Shown: positions 30,913 through 41,500 of the stretch, one piece after another
How positions within the stretch are numbered: position 1 is the stretch's first letter
Layout of the letters: the number at the start of each line of letters is the position of its first letter
Origin: Candidatus Latescibacterota bacterium
Lineage (GTDB): Bacteria > Latescibacterota > UBA2968 > UBA8231
DNA: 64,000 nt
Direction: 5' to 3'
Assembly (NCBI GenBank): GCA_965242865.1
Contig: CBDETK010000013.1
Span: 3,680,001-3,744,000, forward strand
Translations under genes and position numbers: made by a program
Notes under the pieces: generated by a model
Database searches by the model: none
What the model saw: the letters and a program-made list of their open reading frames with translations, nothing else
What the model was told of the DNA's origin: nothing

Positions 30913-31356
30913 TCAGCTAGATTCCGCTAGAGAGGCCCCGCACTGCGGACAGAACCGATCGCCTTCGCGTCGCAAAGCCCCACAACTGCGGCAACGAGGA
31001 GTGGGGGTCTGTTGGCTTTGGCGCAGAGCCGCGACTTCTTCCTCTATGCGTCGTTCGAGTTGGTGGCTGCTCGCGCCGTTGAGCCGGTCCAACTCGCCTA
31101 TAACCGCTAGCGTCTCGGCCTCCAATTCGGCGAAGAGACGCTGAAAGTCCTCTGCGGACACTTTACCGAGCTCGCGGTCGAGTTCCAGCTCGACGATTTC
31201 GCCCAAAAGCTGCTCCTTGCGCTCAAAAAGCTGTCGCGTCGGCCTACTCGCCGCGCTTGCCCGCCCACTCGTTAGGAGGGGCCGTCCTAGATAGAGCAAC
31301 AGCCCCAATAGCAGAGCGACCGAACACAGTGTGGGTAAGAGTCCTAGCATATTCAT
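30913..31356 (-). CDS. CcmI-like membrane protein with double zinc ribbon
   Basis: N-terminal TM, ELELDRELGKVSAEDF, CRSCG...FCPQCG. Confidence 0.7.
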   Translation of the reverse strand: MNMLGLLPTLCSVALLLGLLLYLGRPLLTSGRASAASRPTRQLFERKEQLLGEIVELELDRELGKVSAEDFQRLFAELEAETLAVIGELDRLNGASSHQLERRIEEEVAALRQSQQTPTPRCRSCGALRREGDRFCPQCGASLAESS

Positions 31357-31369
31357 TATATGTACGCTC

Positions 31370-33853
31370 TCACGGCCCGCGTCGGTTCGGCCGAACGGGT
31401 CTGTCGTCGTAGTGATCCAATTCGCGTCTCAGGCGATCGGGGTCTTGACCGGGGTCGGCTGGAGGGGCCTTGGATTGCAGAGGGGCTCGGCCTTGGTCCT
31501 TCCAGCGAACCAGCAGCGTACGGACTAAGGCGACGCCAAACAAAAGAGCCAAAAAGGGCGCGACCCAAGCGAGCAAGTTAAAACCCTCGTGCGGCGGGAC
31601 CGCTAAGGCCATCGGGCCAAAACGCGCTACATAGCCATCGATGATCTGTTGCCGAGTCTGGTCTTGATCTAGTGCCAAGCCAATCGCCTCGCGTTCGGGG
31701 ACCGCGAAGTCGGTGCAAAGACAGGTGGCTAGAGATTCCCGGTTGCAATTGCCGCAGAGACAGACCAAATCCTCAGCCACCGCCTTGATTTCCGCCGTGG
31801 TTGCCGCTCCTACCGGCGAGAAGCTCAGGGCCAACGCAGCGAGTACGGACACGTAAGTACGAGCCCTTTGCGCGATGATCGAGCCCATTGCGCCCTCGCG
31901 GTCGAGCTGAGCTAGCCGTCGATCGCGCGGCGTGGGCCACATCGCCCACAGCGCACCAAGCACTAGGACGACAGCACCGAGCCACACGAAGTTGATTAGC
32001 GGGTTGATATAGACTTGGAACTTGGTGCTGCGGTCTTCAGCAGAGCCCACCAGAATTACATAGAAGTCCTCGCGCCATGTCGAGTAAACGGAGACTTCAG
32101 TGGTCCCTTGGTCAAAAGCCGGGTAATAGCGTCGCTCCGGCAGCAGCGTACCGAGGAATTGATCGCCGCGATGCAGGGCCAAAGCCGCGGTGGTCGTGCT
32201 GTAATTAGCGTTTTCAGCGGAGGCCAGCGACGCGAAGGTAAGCCGGTATTCGCCGACTTGCCGCGAAGCCCTTTGGTCCAAGACGACTTCGGCCTCTTCG
32301 GTAAAAGCTTTGCCCGTGAAGCCAGCAAAGAGCAATACTAGCCCAAGGTGGGTCAAATACCCGCCGTACCGCCTCCGGTTCTTGGCGCAGAGGCGATACA
32401 ACGCCATCGGATAAGGCTCGCCTGTACTGTGCATCCGCGCCCGTGCTCCGGCGTGAAACTCGGAGGTGAGCGCGACGAGAACGAATACGCACAGCCCGAA
32501 TGAAAGCACGACATAAGGATCGCGGACGCCGAGCGCAAAAAAGACTCCGCAAGAAAGTGCGCCCGCGGCCACCGGGCGGGTGAAGTTTTTGTGCAGACTC
32601 TCGCGGGAAGTGCGACGCCAGGCAAAGAGCGGACCAGCCCCCGTCAACATCAGGAGCACTAGCCCGATGGGAATTGTGACTTGGTTGAAAAAGGGGGGGC
32701 CGACCGTGATTTGCTCGTCGGTCAGGGCTTCCGAGACCAGTGGAAAGACCGTGCCCCAGAACACGGCGAAGAGCATCCCCAAGAGAATCCAGTTATTGAG
32801 CAAGAAAGCTGTCTCGCGGGAGGCAAAAGATTCCAAACGGTTTTCGGCCTTGAGCAAGGGGAGCCGCAGCCACAAAAGCCCAAAAGAAAAAATCAGCGTC
32901 AGGACTAGAAACGTGCCAAAAAAAGGGCCGATATTGGATTGGGCAAAGGCGTGAACCGAGGAGATGATGCCACTGCGCGTCATAAAGGTGCCGAAGAGGC
33001 ACAGCGCATAAGTGAGGATCGCTAGTGCTGCGTTCCATACTTTGAGCATGCCCTTGCGCTCTTGAATCATAATGGAGTGCAGAAAAGCGGTGGCGGTCAG
33101 CCAAGGCATCAGCGAAGAGTTCTCCACCGGGTCCCACCCCCAATATCCACCCCACCCCAGTTCGACATAGGCCCATTTGCCGCCGAGCAACAGACCGAAG
33201 CCGAGAAAGGTCCAAGGGATGAGCATCCAGCGGCGTGAAGCGCGGAGCCAAGTAGCGTCCAACTTGCCGGTTGAGAGCGCGGCAATGGCAAATGCAAAGG
33301 GTACGACCATGCCCACCATTCCCAAGTAGAGCATCGGTGGGTGAATGGCCATGACGGGGTGTTGTAAGATCGGGTTGAGGCCGCGTCCGTCCTCTGGCGT
33401 GAAGGGCAGGCGATGGAACGGGTCGGCGGCAAAGAGATGCACAATGCAAAAGAAGAAGCTGGTAAGGGATAGGGTCGCCAGCGCGTAGGGCATCAGCTCG
33501 CGATAGCGCTGGCGGTAGAGTGTCGCCAATCCCGCCGAGTAGATGGATAGGATCCAGCCCCAAAACAACAGCGACCCGTTCTGACCGCCCCACAGCGCCG
33601 TTATCAAGTAAAATAAAGGCATGGCGCGGTTGCTGTTTTCGGCCACGTACTCTACTTGGAAGTCGTGGGAGACGAGGGCGTGCCAGAGCGCGAGCACCGC
33701 CAGCGTCAGCAGGGCACAGGTTGCCAAGACCCCGTTTTCGCCCGAGCGCACCAAACCCAAGTGGCCCCGCCTCGCTCCGAGAGCCGACGCTAGAACCCCA
33801 TAGCCGGACGATAGGAGGGCTAGGCACAGGGCAAAATAGCCAATATCAACCAT
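31370..33853 (-). CDS. ccmF: Cytochrome c heme lyase CcmF fused to CcmH-like domain
   Basis: WGGQNGSLL, LNPILQ, HPP, WAYVELGWGGYWGWDPVEN, SVHAF, NPLINFVW; C-terminal LVCLCGNC...YVARFG...PP..GFN.LAW. Confidence 0.92.
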   Translation of the reverse strand: MVDIGYFALCLALLSSGYGVLASALGARRGHLGLVRSGENGVLATCALLTLAVLALWHALVSHDFQVEYVAENSNRAMPLFYLITALWGGQNGSLLFWGWILSIYSAGLATLYRQRYRELMPYALATLSLTSFFFCIVHLFAADPFHRLPFTPEDGRGLNPILQHPVMAIHPPMLYLGMVGMVVPFAFAIAALSTGKLDATWLRASRRWMLIPWTFLGFGLLLGGKWAYVELGWGGYWGWDPVENSSLMPWLTATAFLHSIMIQERKGMLKVWNAALAILTYALCLFGTFMTRSGIISSVHAFAQSNIGPFFGTFLVLTLIFSFGLLWLRLPLLKAENRLESFASRETAFLLNNWILLGMLFAVFWGTVFPLVSEALTDEQITVGPPFFNQVTIPIGLVLLMLTGAGPLFAWRRTSRESLHKNFTRPVAAGALSCGVFFALGVRDPYVVLSFGLCVFVLVALTSEFHAGARARMHSTGEPYPMALYRLCAKNRRRYGGYLTHLGLVLLFAGFTGKAFTEEAEVVLDQRASRQVGEYRLTFASLASAENANYSTTTAALALHRGDQFLGTLLPERRYYPAFDQGTTEVSVYSTWREDFYVILVGSAEDRSTKFQVYINPLINFVWLGAVVLVLGALWAMWPTPRDRRLAQLDREGAMGSIIAQRARTYVSVLAALALSFSPVGAATTAEIKAVAEDLVCLCGNCNRESLATCLCTDFAVPEREAIGLALDQDQTRQQIIDGYVARFGPMALAVPPHEGFNLLAWVAPFLALLFGVALVRTLLVRWKDQGRAPLQSKAPPADPGQDPDRLRRELDHYDDRPVRPNRRGP

Positions 33854-33885
33854 AGAATGTCGGGAAAAGCCAACGGTCCGGCGGG

Positions 33886-34320
33886 CTAGCCGTTCGGGCT
33901 GTTTATCGCCTGCACGTGGCCTTCATAGCTTTGTCCCTCGTATTTGGAAGGGCATTTGGCAAAGACGAGATCGGCGGCAAAGATCCGGTCGGCTAGATGG
34001 TATTCGCCTTCGAGGACTACCAGGGCCTCGTCTTTGAAGGTATCGGGTAGCACGGCGCGTCCGACATAGCGCACCCGCACCGTGTGTTGCCCGTCGGTAA
34101 TCACAAATTCGGGACGCGAGCGATACCGATCCCACTCAATCGAACCGGGCACCACGGTGCCGCCGCCTAGTTGGATGCGCTGGCCTTGATCGGTAGCTCC
34201 GTCCATCAGGGTTTGCAGCGTCATGTGGGTCGCTGTTGACTGTTGGACGCCGGCTGCAAAGAGGTAAATCAGGCCCGCGGCAATGACTAGGGAGCCGAGG
34301 GTAAATTTGTGTCGTCTCAT
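33886..34320 (-). CDS. ccmE: Heme chaperone CcmE, CxxxY variant
   Basis: N-terminal TM, GGTVVPGSI, PDTF, VVLEG, AKCPSKY. Confidence 0.9.
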   Translation of the reverse strand: MRRHKFTLGSLVIAAGLIYLFAAGVQQSTATHMTLQTLMDGATDQGQRIQLGGGTVVPGSIEWDRYRSRPEFVITDGQHTVRVRYVGRAVLPDTFKDEALVVLEGEYHLADRIFAADLVFAKCPSKYEGQSYEGHVQAINSPNG

Positions 34321-34373
34321 AAAATAAATCTGCTCAATTTCCCTTGCTTGTGCAACGAGCGAAAGGGTCGCGT

Positions 34374-35513
34374 TCACACTGCAAGCACCTTGGGCAGGCT
34401 GGATAGGTTCTCGTAGCCGCCTTCGCTAACGACCACCGTATCTTCGATCCGCACTCCCCCTAAGCCTCGGTAGTAGAGTCCCGGTTCCACCGTCACGACG
34501 TGGCCCGCCTTGAGCACATCGCCGTGCGGGCCGATCCTTGGTGCCTCGTGAATTTCCAGACCTAGCCCATGCCCCGTGCCGTGGATGTAGCCCTGCCCGT
34601 AGCCCTCTTTCTCGCCCGTCTCGTAGCCGGCGTCGCCGAAGAACCGTTTGATTGATTTGTGAATAAGGGGTCCCTCGGCACCTGGACGAATGTGATCTAA
34701 GCCGAGTTGTTGAGCCTTCAGCACGGTTTCGTACAGGTGCTGTATCGGCTCGGAGGCCGGTCCCTTACAGAAGGTCCGCGTCAGGTCTCCATAGTAGCCG
34801 CTCGCCTCGTCGCGCGGAAAAATGTCGATGATGATAGGCTCACTGGCGCGCAAAGGCCCAAAGCCCACTTGGTGTGGGTCGCAGCCTTGGTCGCCGCCGG
34901 CGATGATGGTATGTTCGCCAATACTGTCGCAGTCCATTAGCGTCTGATGCACCATGCGCCGCAGTCGCTCTGAAGTGAGTACGGCACCGTTGAGAAAGAG
35001 CACGCCGTCGCGCACATCGGCTGTACGCAGCCCCTCAATTGCCGTTTCCATGCCCGCTTCAGCGGCTCTCATTGCCCGGCGTGTGCCTTCAATTTCTCGG
35101 GCGTCCTTGATCTGGCGCTGGGGAAAGAGCGGCTCGGACGCAACGACCAGTTCGATGCCCTCCCCCCGCAGAAAGTCGGCCACACCAAGGGGAAAATCCG
35201 CGGGCACTTGCAGCTTCTCCAAGCCGAGGCCGCGCAAAAGCTCCAGCAAGACGGCGTTGCTGTTGGGCCGCTCTTGGCCTCTTTTCTTGGCCCGCTTCTC
35301 GTACCGGGCATAAGGTAACACCCGGTTGACGCAGGCTTGGTCCCGCGCCCGGTCGATCTCGAGATTGCGGACGAGCATGATTTTTTCGCTGGAAGTCCAC
35401 AAAAAGACGAAGGGGTCGGGAGCGCGAAAGCGGGTGGCGTAGAACAGGTTGGCGCAGCGTTCGCTGCTGCCGATCATCAGCAGGGCATCGGTGCCCTTTA
35501 GGTCGTGCGTCAT
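34374..35513 (-). CDS. Xaa-Pro aminopeptidase (M24)
   Basis: IIIDIFP, GDLTRT, HGTGHGLGLEIHE, TVEPGLY, GVRIED. Confidence 0.93.
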   Translation of the reverse strand: MTHDLKGTDALLMIGSSERCANLFYATRFRAPDPFVFLWTSSEKIMLVRNLEIDRARDQACVNRVLPYARYEKRAKKRGQERPNSNAVLLELLRGLGLEKLQVPADFPLGVADFLRGEGIELVVASEPLFPQRQIKDAREIEGTRRAMRAAEAGMETAIEGLRTADVRDGVLFLNGAVLTSERLRRMVHQTLMDCDSIGEHTIIAGGDQGCDPHQVGFGPLRASEPIIIDIFPRDEASGYYGDLTRTFCKGPASEPIQHLYETVLKAQQLGLDHIRPGAEGPLIHKSIKRFFGDAGYETGEKEGYGQGYIHGTGHGLGLEIHEAPRIGPHGDVLKAGHVVTVEPGLYYRGLGGVRIEDTVVVSEGGYENLSSLPKVLAV

Positions 35514-35519
35514 GGTTTT

Positions 35520-36947
35520 TTACTCGGGAATCTCCAGGGCCCGGACCTCGATTCCAGCCGCGGGCCGCCAAAACCAGAAAAACGCATACTGTCCCTCTTC
35601 CAGCCCAGAAACAAAGCGCACAAACTGCTTCAACGAGGTAACGCGCTCTTGATCCACTTCGGTAATCACATCGCGCACTTGGATGCCTTTGTCCGCTGCC
35701 AGCCCCTGCGGATTTACTTCAACTACCACCACCGGCTTCTCGCCTTGTTCAAAACCCAGCTCGGCCGCCAACTCGCCGACAAAGCCCAGTTCGGCCGCCA
35801 ATTCGGCGGACAAGGGTTCAACCAAAAACCCTAGCTGTTCTATTCGCTGGTGGCCCTCGGAGAGAAGCTGGTCGGCTTCGCGCTCGCCGAGCACCACGGC
35901 GACTTGGTGAAGCTGGCTCTGGCGCATGATTTGCAGGTTGATCGTCTCGCCCGGATCGCGGCTGTAGATCAGCGTCTGCAGGTGGTTGAAGTGGTTCACT
36001 TCGATACCATCGAGCGACAGGATGACGTCCCCGCCGAGCAGGCCCCCGCGCTCGGCCGGGCTGTTGGGCTGCACTTGCCTGAGATAAACGCCCCGGGGCC
36101 GTTCCATGTTGAGGTCGTGCTTGCGGACAAGCGCTGGGGTCATCTCAGATTCCATGGTCACGCCCAGATGGCCGCGGACGATCCGTCCGTGGATCAGCAG
36201 ATCATCTACCACTTCGTGTGCTAGGTTGATCGGCACGGCTAGCCCGTAGCCGATGTAGTAACCAGTGCGCGTTGAAATCGCCGTGTTGATGCCAACGACT
36301 CTGCCCTGTAGGTCGAGCAGAGGGCCGCCGGAGTTGCCGGGGTTGATCACGGCATTGGTCTGGATGAAGCTCTCGATGGCATAGCGATTTTCTTCGCTGT
36401 GGTTGAAAATACCTGCTTGCCGCCCCAGCGCGCTGACGATACCGTGCGTTAGCGTTGACCCCATGCCCAAGGGATGGCCAATGGCTAGCACCCAGTCGCC
36501 GATTTGCAAACGGTCTGAGTCGGCCAACTGCACAGTCGGCAGCCCCGGGGCGTCAACCTTGAGCAGGGCGATGTCAATCAGCGAATCAAAGCCGATGACC
36601 TCAGCCTGATAGGTGCGGCGGTCAGACAGGGTGACTTGGATGGAGTCGGCGCCGGCGACGACGTGGTAATTGCTCAGAATGTAGCCGTCGTCGCTGATGA
36701 TAGTTCCCGAGCCCATGCCGCGAAAATCTTCGGGGATTTCTGGGTGAGAGGGGGGCAATGCCCTCTTCCGCCATGTTCGGGTCGTCGCCGTGATTAAAAC
36801 CACCGCCGGACGTACCTGTTCATAGACTTGGCGGAAAGCCCTGCTGAGATCCGCTAGCGGTTGGGCACTCTCCACCGGCATTTGCGCCCCGGCCGGGTGC
36901 CCGCCCGCAAGCAACGCGGCAATAAAGGCGATGCCCACGAGCTTCAT
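35520..36947 (-). CDS. DegP/HtrA serine protease, two PDZ domains
   Basis: GSG, NYHVV, DIALLK, INPGNSGGPL. Confidence 0.93.
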   Translation of the reverse strand: MKLVGIAFIAALLAGGHPAGAQMPVESAQPLADLSRAFRQVYEQVRPAVVLITATTRTWRKRALPPSHPEIPEDFRGMGSGTIISDDGYILSNYHVVAGADSIQVTLSDRRTYQAEVIGFDSLIDIALLKVDAPGLPTVQLADSDRLQIGDWVLAIGHPLGMGSTLTHGIVSALGRQAGIFNHSEENRYAIESFIQTNAVINPGNSGGPLLDLQGRVVGINTAISTRTGYYIGYGLAVPINLAHEVVDDLLIHGRIVRGHLGVTMESEMTPALVRKHDLNMERPRGVYLRQVQPNSPAERGGLLGGDVILSLDGIEVNHFNHLQTLIYSRDPGETINLQIMRQSQLHQVAVVLGEREADQLLSEGHQRIEQLGFLVEPLSAELAAELGFVGELAAELGFEQGEKPVVVVEVNPQGLAADKGIQVRDVITEVDQERVTSLKQFVRFVSGLEEGQYAFFWFWRPAAGIEVRALEIPE

Positions 36948-38500
36948 CCGAGGTCGTATTCCTTCAACTTCCGGTAGAGGGTACGAGTGCTGATGTCGAG
37001 AATTGCCGCGGCCTTCCGGCGGTTGCCGCCGACGCGGTCGAGTGCCTGTTCAATGGCTTCCCGCTCCAAGTCTTTGAGTGTGGGCAAAGGCTCAATAGCG
37101 GCGTTTTCGGGGATGCGTATTGCGGCAGGTGCTTTGGGGTCTGTGGGCCTGTATGGGGCGTCCTCGACCGGGTAAATGGGCTGGCTTGATTCCTCTGGCG
37201 CGACTGGCTGAATGGCCGCTGGTGCTACGGGAGGGGGGGCATTGCGCTCGACCGTCGCTCTTAGCTCGGCAACCTCGCGCTTGAGATCCAAGAGCGCAAA
37301 ATAGATCAACTCGCGCTCGGACTGGTCTGGCGTCTTGTTGGTCGGCACTGGCAGGTGGCGCGTGGGTTGGCCCGCGAGCTGGGGCAATAGGTCTTCGGGT
37401 TCAACGAGGGCCCGCGGAGCGAGAAAGACCAAGTGCTCAACTAGGTTGCGCAACTCGCGCACATTGCCGGGCCAAGCATAGCCTTGCAAAAGGTCCATCG
37501 CCGCGGCCGAGAACCCTTCTAGGCGGCTCTTGTTGTCTTGGGTCAGTGCGCTGATGAAGTGCTCGATTAAGAGGGGAATGTCCTCGGCCCGGCGGCGCAG
37601 CGAGGGGATGTCGAGCTCGACGACCTTGAGCCGATGGTAGAGGTCGAGGCGGAACTCGCGCTGTTCAACCGCCTTTTGTAAGTCGCGATTGGTCGCGGCG
37701 ATGACGCGAATATCCACTGAGATGGGTGCGCTGCCGCCGATGCGGACCACCTCGCGCTGTTCGAGTACCCGCAAGAGGCGCACTTGCGCCGCCAGCGACA
37801 TCTCGCCGATTTCGTCTAGAAAGACTGTTCCGTTGTTGGCTTGTTCAAAGATCCCCCGGTACTGGGCGCGGGCGTCAGTGAAAGCCCCCTTCTCGTGTCC
37901 AAAGAGTTCGTTCTCCAGCAGATTCTCGGGAATGGCCCCGCAGTTGAGCGGGCGGAAAGGGTGATCGCTCCGGGTGCTGTAGCGATGCAGAGCTTCGGCG
38001 ACTAGGTCCTTGCCCGCGCCGCTTTCGCCTGTCAGGAGGATAGAGGAAACCGGCGTCGGTGCCACGATTAAGATGCGTTCGCGCAGTTGGCGCATTAAGG
38101 ACGACTGCCCCACCAGCTCGGCCCCTCGCAAAAAGTCCCCTCGCTCTAGTAGTTGGTCTAGTGCTGGGCGCAGGACCCCGGCCTTAAAGGGCACGGCGAT
38201 TTGGTCTTTGAGCGGCGCCCCCCACAAGAGTCGGTCCCAATTCTCATCGGCATTGCCCAAGCCTAGGATGGGTACATCGCGGTGTTGATCGAGGGCCGCG
38301 ACCCCCGCTGCGAGGACGTCGGGCGGAAGTTCCAAGTCAAAGGCGACGAGGTCCAGCCCGCGCCGCAGCAGCGGCCCAAGCGCGTCGCCGTTAGCCGCGT
38401 TGAGTACGCGCAACCGCACATCGTGGACCGCGGACTTGAACTCCGCTGCCAGTTCGGACCGCTGGGTCAAGAGCAGAATGTGACGTTGAGTCGGGGCCAT
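36944..38500 (-). CDS. Sigma54-dependent transcriptional regulator (Fis HTH)
   Basis: GESGAGK, ELFGHEKGAFTDA, FLDEIGE, WPGNVREL, TLYRKLK. Confidence 0.93.
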   Translation of the reverse strand: MAPTQRHILLLTQRSELAAEFKSAVHDVRLRVLNAANGDALGPLLRRGLDLVAFDLELPPDVLAAGVAALDQHRDVPILGLGNADENWDRLLWGAPLKDQIAVPFKAGVLRPALDQLLERGDFLRGAELVGQSSLMRQLRERILIVAPTPVSSILLTGESGAGKDLVAEALHRYSTRSDHPFRPLNCGAIPENLLENELFGHEKGAFTDARAQYRGIFEQANNGTVFLDEIGEMSLAAQVRLLRVLEQREVVRIGGSAPISVDIRVIAATNRDLQKAVEQREFRLDLYHRLKVVELDIPSLRRRAEDIPLLIEHFISALTQDNKSRLEGFSAAAMDLLQGYAWPGNVRELRNLVEHLVFLAPRALVEPEDLLPQLAGQPTRHLPVPTNKTPDQSERELIYFALLDLKREVAELRATVERNAPPPVAPAAIQPVAPEESSQPIYPVEDAPYRPTDPKAPAAIRIPENAAIEPLPTLKDLEREAIEQALDRVGGNRRKAAAILDISTRTLYRKLKEYDLG

Positions 38501-38531
38501 GGTATCCCTGCTGTCGTCGCCTTTCGTCGCC

Positions 38532-41500
38532 TTAGTTGAGGTTGTCTAGCTTGTGGCGCAGGGTCTCGATTCGCTCGCGGGCTAGCTGCCCCTGTGGACT
38601 CTGGCCCCCTTCGCGCCGTGCGATGCGCTCGTAGATGGTCACGGCTGTGGTATGTTCCCCCAGCGATTCGTGGCAGCGGGCGCGCTGGAAATCGGCCGAG
38701 GTGATCCACATGCTGAGCCCTTCGTCGCCGTGGTAACTGACTTTGTAGTAGGCTTCGATCGCCTTGCGGTACTCGCCCATGTTCTGATAGGACTCGCCGA
38801 TGTAAAACCGGGCTTCGGAGGCGTTGTTGCCATTGAGTAGCTGTTGGGAAAGCAGATCGTCTAGCTGTTCAATGGCTTGGGCGTATTGACCCTTATTCTT
38901 GAGGATGATACCCAATTCGAGCTGGACCTCGATGGCTTTAGGATTTTCGGGGTACTGGCCCAGTAGCTGATTGGCTACTTGGTGGGCGGCCTCGTACTCA
39001 TGGGCGCTTTGGTAGCTCTTGAGGAGTTTCCACAGCGCATCTTGGGCCTGTTCGCGGCTGACTTCTGGCGCGTCCAAGGCGTGTTTGTACGCCCCTGCCG
39101 CTTGCAGGAAGTTGTGCAGCGAAAAGTGGTAGTCGCCTAGGCGCAGGTAGGCTTCGTCCACGTGGGGGCTGGTCGGATATTCCCGCACAAAGCGCGATAT
39201 GGCCTCCAATGAGTAAGCCGCCCATTCCTCGCTCGGCTCTACCTTGTTTCGCTTCCACAGCGTCACGGCCATCCAATAGGCCCCGTCGTCCGCCCACGTG
39301 CCTCCTTGCTTTTCCACCGTTTGAAAAAGCTCGTAAGCCTTCTTGTAGTTACCTGCCTGTAAGTAGTATTTCCCCTCTTCAACCCGGAAGTGTTGACGCC
39401 ACTCCGTCTCCGCCTCGAACCGCTTGGCAAACCGCTTGGCTGCCTTGCGTCCTTCCTCTACGCGCTTGAGCCGGAACAGGGCGAGGATGGCTTGCCCGTG
39501 GATCAGGGCATCCTCGCTCTGCTCCAGCAAGGGCTGATAGAGTTGGTAGGATTGTTTGTATTGCTGGCGGGCAAAGGCGATGTGGCCGGACCGCGCCGAG
39601 GCTTCGGCCGCCAGTCCGCTGGATGCAAACTCTCGGCTGACCTTGCGGAAGAGCCGGAGGGCCTCGTCTTCTCGACCCAACCTCAGTTGCAGTACCGCTT
39701 GGGAGAAGTAAATGCTGTCTAGTCCAGCCGGGTTCGGTTCTTCGGCGAGTATGTGCCGATAGGTCTCCATGGCCTCACCATAGAGGTTGAGGTGATGGTA
39801 CGAGCGACCGAGCCGTCGGAGGATCGGCCCTCGGTCGCCGGTGCCCGTCGGGTTGGAGACCAGCGGTTGGTACAGCTCGATGGCCGCGGCGTATTGACCG
39901 CGCTGAAAATAGGTGTCGCCCAATAGTTTCTGTGCGGCACGGCGCTGGGGAAAGGCCGGATAACCCCAGCGCAATTCTTGCAGTCGGGCGATGGCTTCTT
40001 GGGGCCGTTCCTGCGCTAGACGGATATGGCCTAGCTCAAAGAGCACGGGTGCGGTCAGCGGACTGTCGGGATAGTCGCGCAGAACGCGCTCGAGCAAGTC
40101 GGCCGCTGCTTGGTGTTGGCCTTTTTGCACTAGGCAAAGACTCTTGCCGTATAGAGCGTGCGGTACGAGTGGATTATTAGAAAAGAGTTGCTGGTCGTAG
40201 GCCGCAATGGCCCCGTCGATCCACGTGCTATCGGTCGTCCCGAGTTGGCGGCGGGCATCGCCTAGTTGCAAAAGAGCTTGGTCTAGATGGGCACCTCGGC
40301 TGCCGGAAAACTCGGCGACGAAAGCAGCAATCCCCGCTTCGAGCGTTGATAACCGCAGCGAATCGGGGCGATCCTCCGCTTCAATTTTAATAAGGCGCAG
40401 TCGTGCGCCTTGGACCCAAGTGCTGCTGTCGGTAGGGGATTGCTCGGCGAGAAAGCGGTATTCCCGTAGGGCGAGTGCCCGTAGCGAGTCCGCGCTGGTA
40501 GGCTCCGCTTCTAGCTGGCGTTGGCGGGAGAGCTTGAGCAGGCTTTCGGCCAAAAAGTACTGTGCCTCGTTGCTATTGTGCTCCTCGGGATAGGTCGTGG
40601 CGTAGTGTTTGAAACATTGGGCGGCCGTTGCAAAATCGTGGTGCGAGAAAAGCAGCCGAGCTACATCTAGCAGTACTAGTTGGCGCGCCTTGCCGCTCAA
40701 CTCGTCGATCCAAGCGTTTTGTAAGGCCCGGTTGAGGCCGGCCGGGTCCAAGACGGTAAACTCGCGCAGATATTCGATTCGCTGGCGCACCGCCTCGCTT
40801 AGGTGATTGGCGGGAAAGAGTTCGAGGAAGGCCACGTATTCGCGCAGGGCCGTCTGCGGCTGCCTACTTTGCTCAAAGGTTTGGGCGAGGGCAAATTGCG
40901 CATTGGCTGCCACCTCGTCCTGCCCCGAAGCTAGCTGGCGATAGAGAGAGATGGCTTCTTCGTAGTAGCCGGTTGAGGCATAGAGCTCGGCGAGCTCGAA
41001 GCGCACGGCGTCGGCGTCGGAAGCCCCAGCGGTTTCCTGAAGGTAGCGGCGATACCAAGTTATCGAGTGCTGGCGATAATTGGTTGCCGCCTCGTCCTGC
41101 CCCGAAGCTAGGCTGTGATCCCCGCGCCGCTTGTAGAGGCCGCCCAGCTCCCTTAGAGCACTGATGGCTTCGGGGCTGTCGCCGGTCTGGATCAATCCTT
41201 GAAACAGACCGACCGCGAGGGCAAATTGTCCGGCTTGGCCTAGGGCGATGGCTCGGCCTAGCTGCGCCCTGAGATAGTCGGGGTGGTCGGGTTGGAGCAG
41301 GGTGCTTAGCTCGTCGTAGTGGGCAATGGCTTTGCGCGTCTGATGACTCTGACGGCGAGCATCGGCTAGCCCTAGGAGCGCACGTTCTTTGAGGGAGCGG
41401 TCGTCAATTTTGTCAAAGGCCCGCTGATAGGCGTCCCCGGCTTGGCTAAATAGGCGCGATCGATAGAGATGGTTTGCGCGACCTAGATAGGCACTGTCAG

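Noticed and set aside
32793-33827. 344-aa alternate-frame ORF within ccmF and other antisense/overlapping ORFs in the track
   Set aside because: Shadow ORFs typical of GC-rich coding DNA; Arg/Pro/Ala-rich with no motifs
35750-35810. AAELGF repeat in DegP and similar short low-complexity repeats in the S6 tail
   Set aside because: Short coding repeats only; no array or spacer structure
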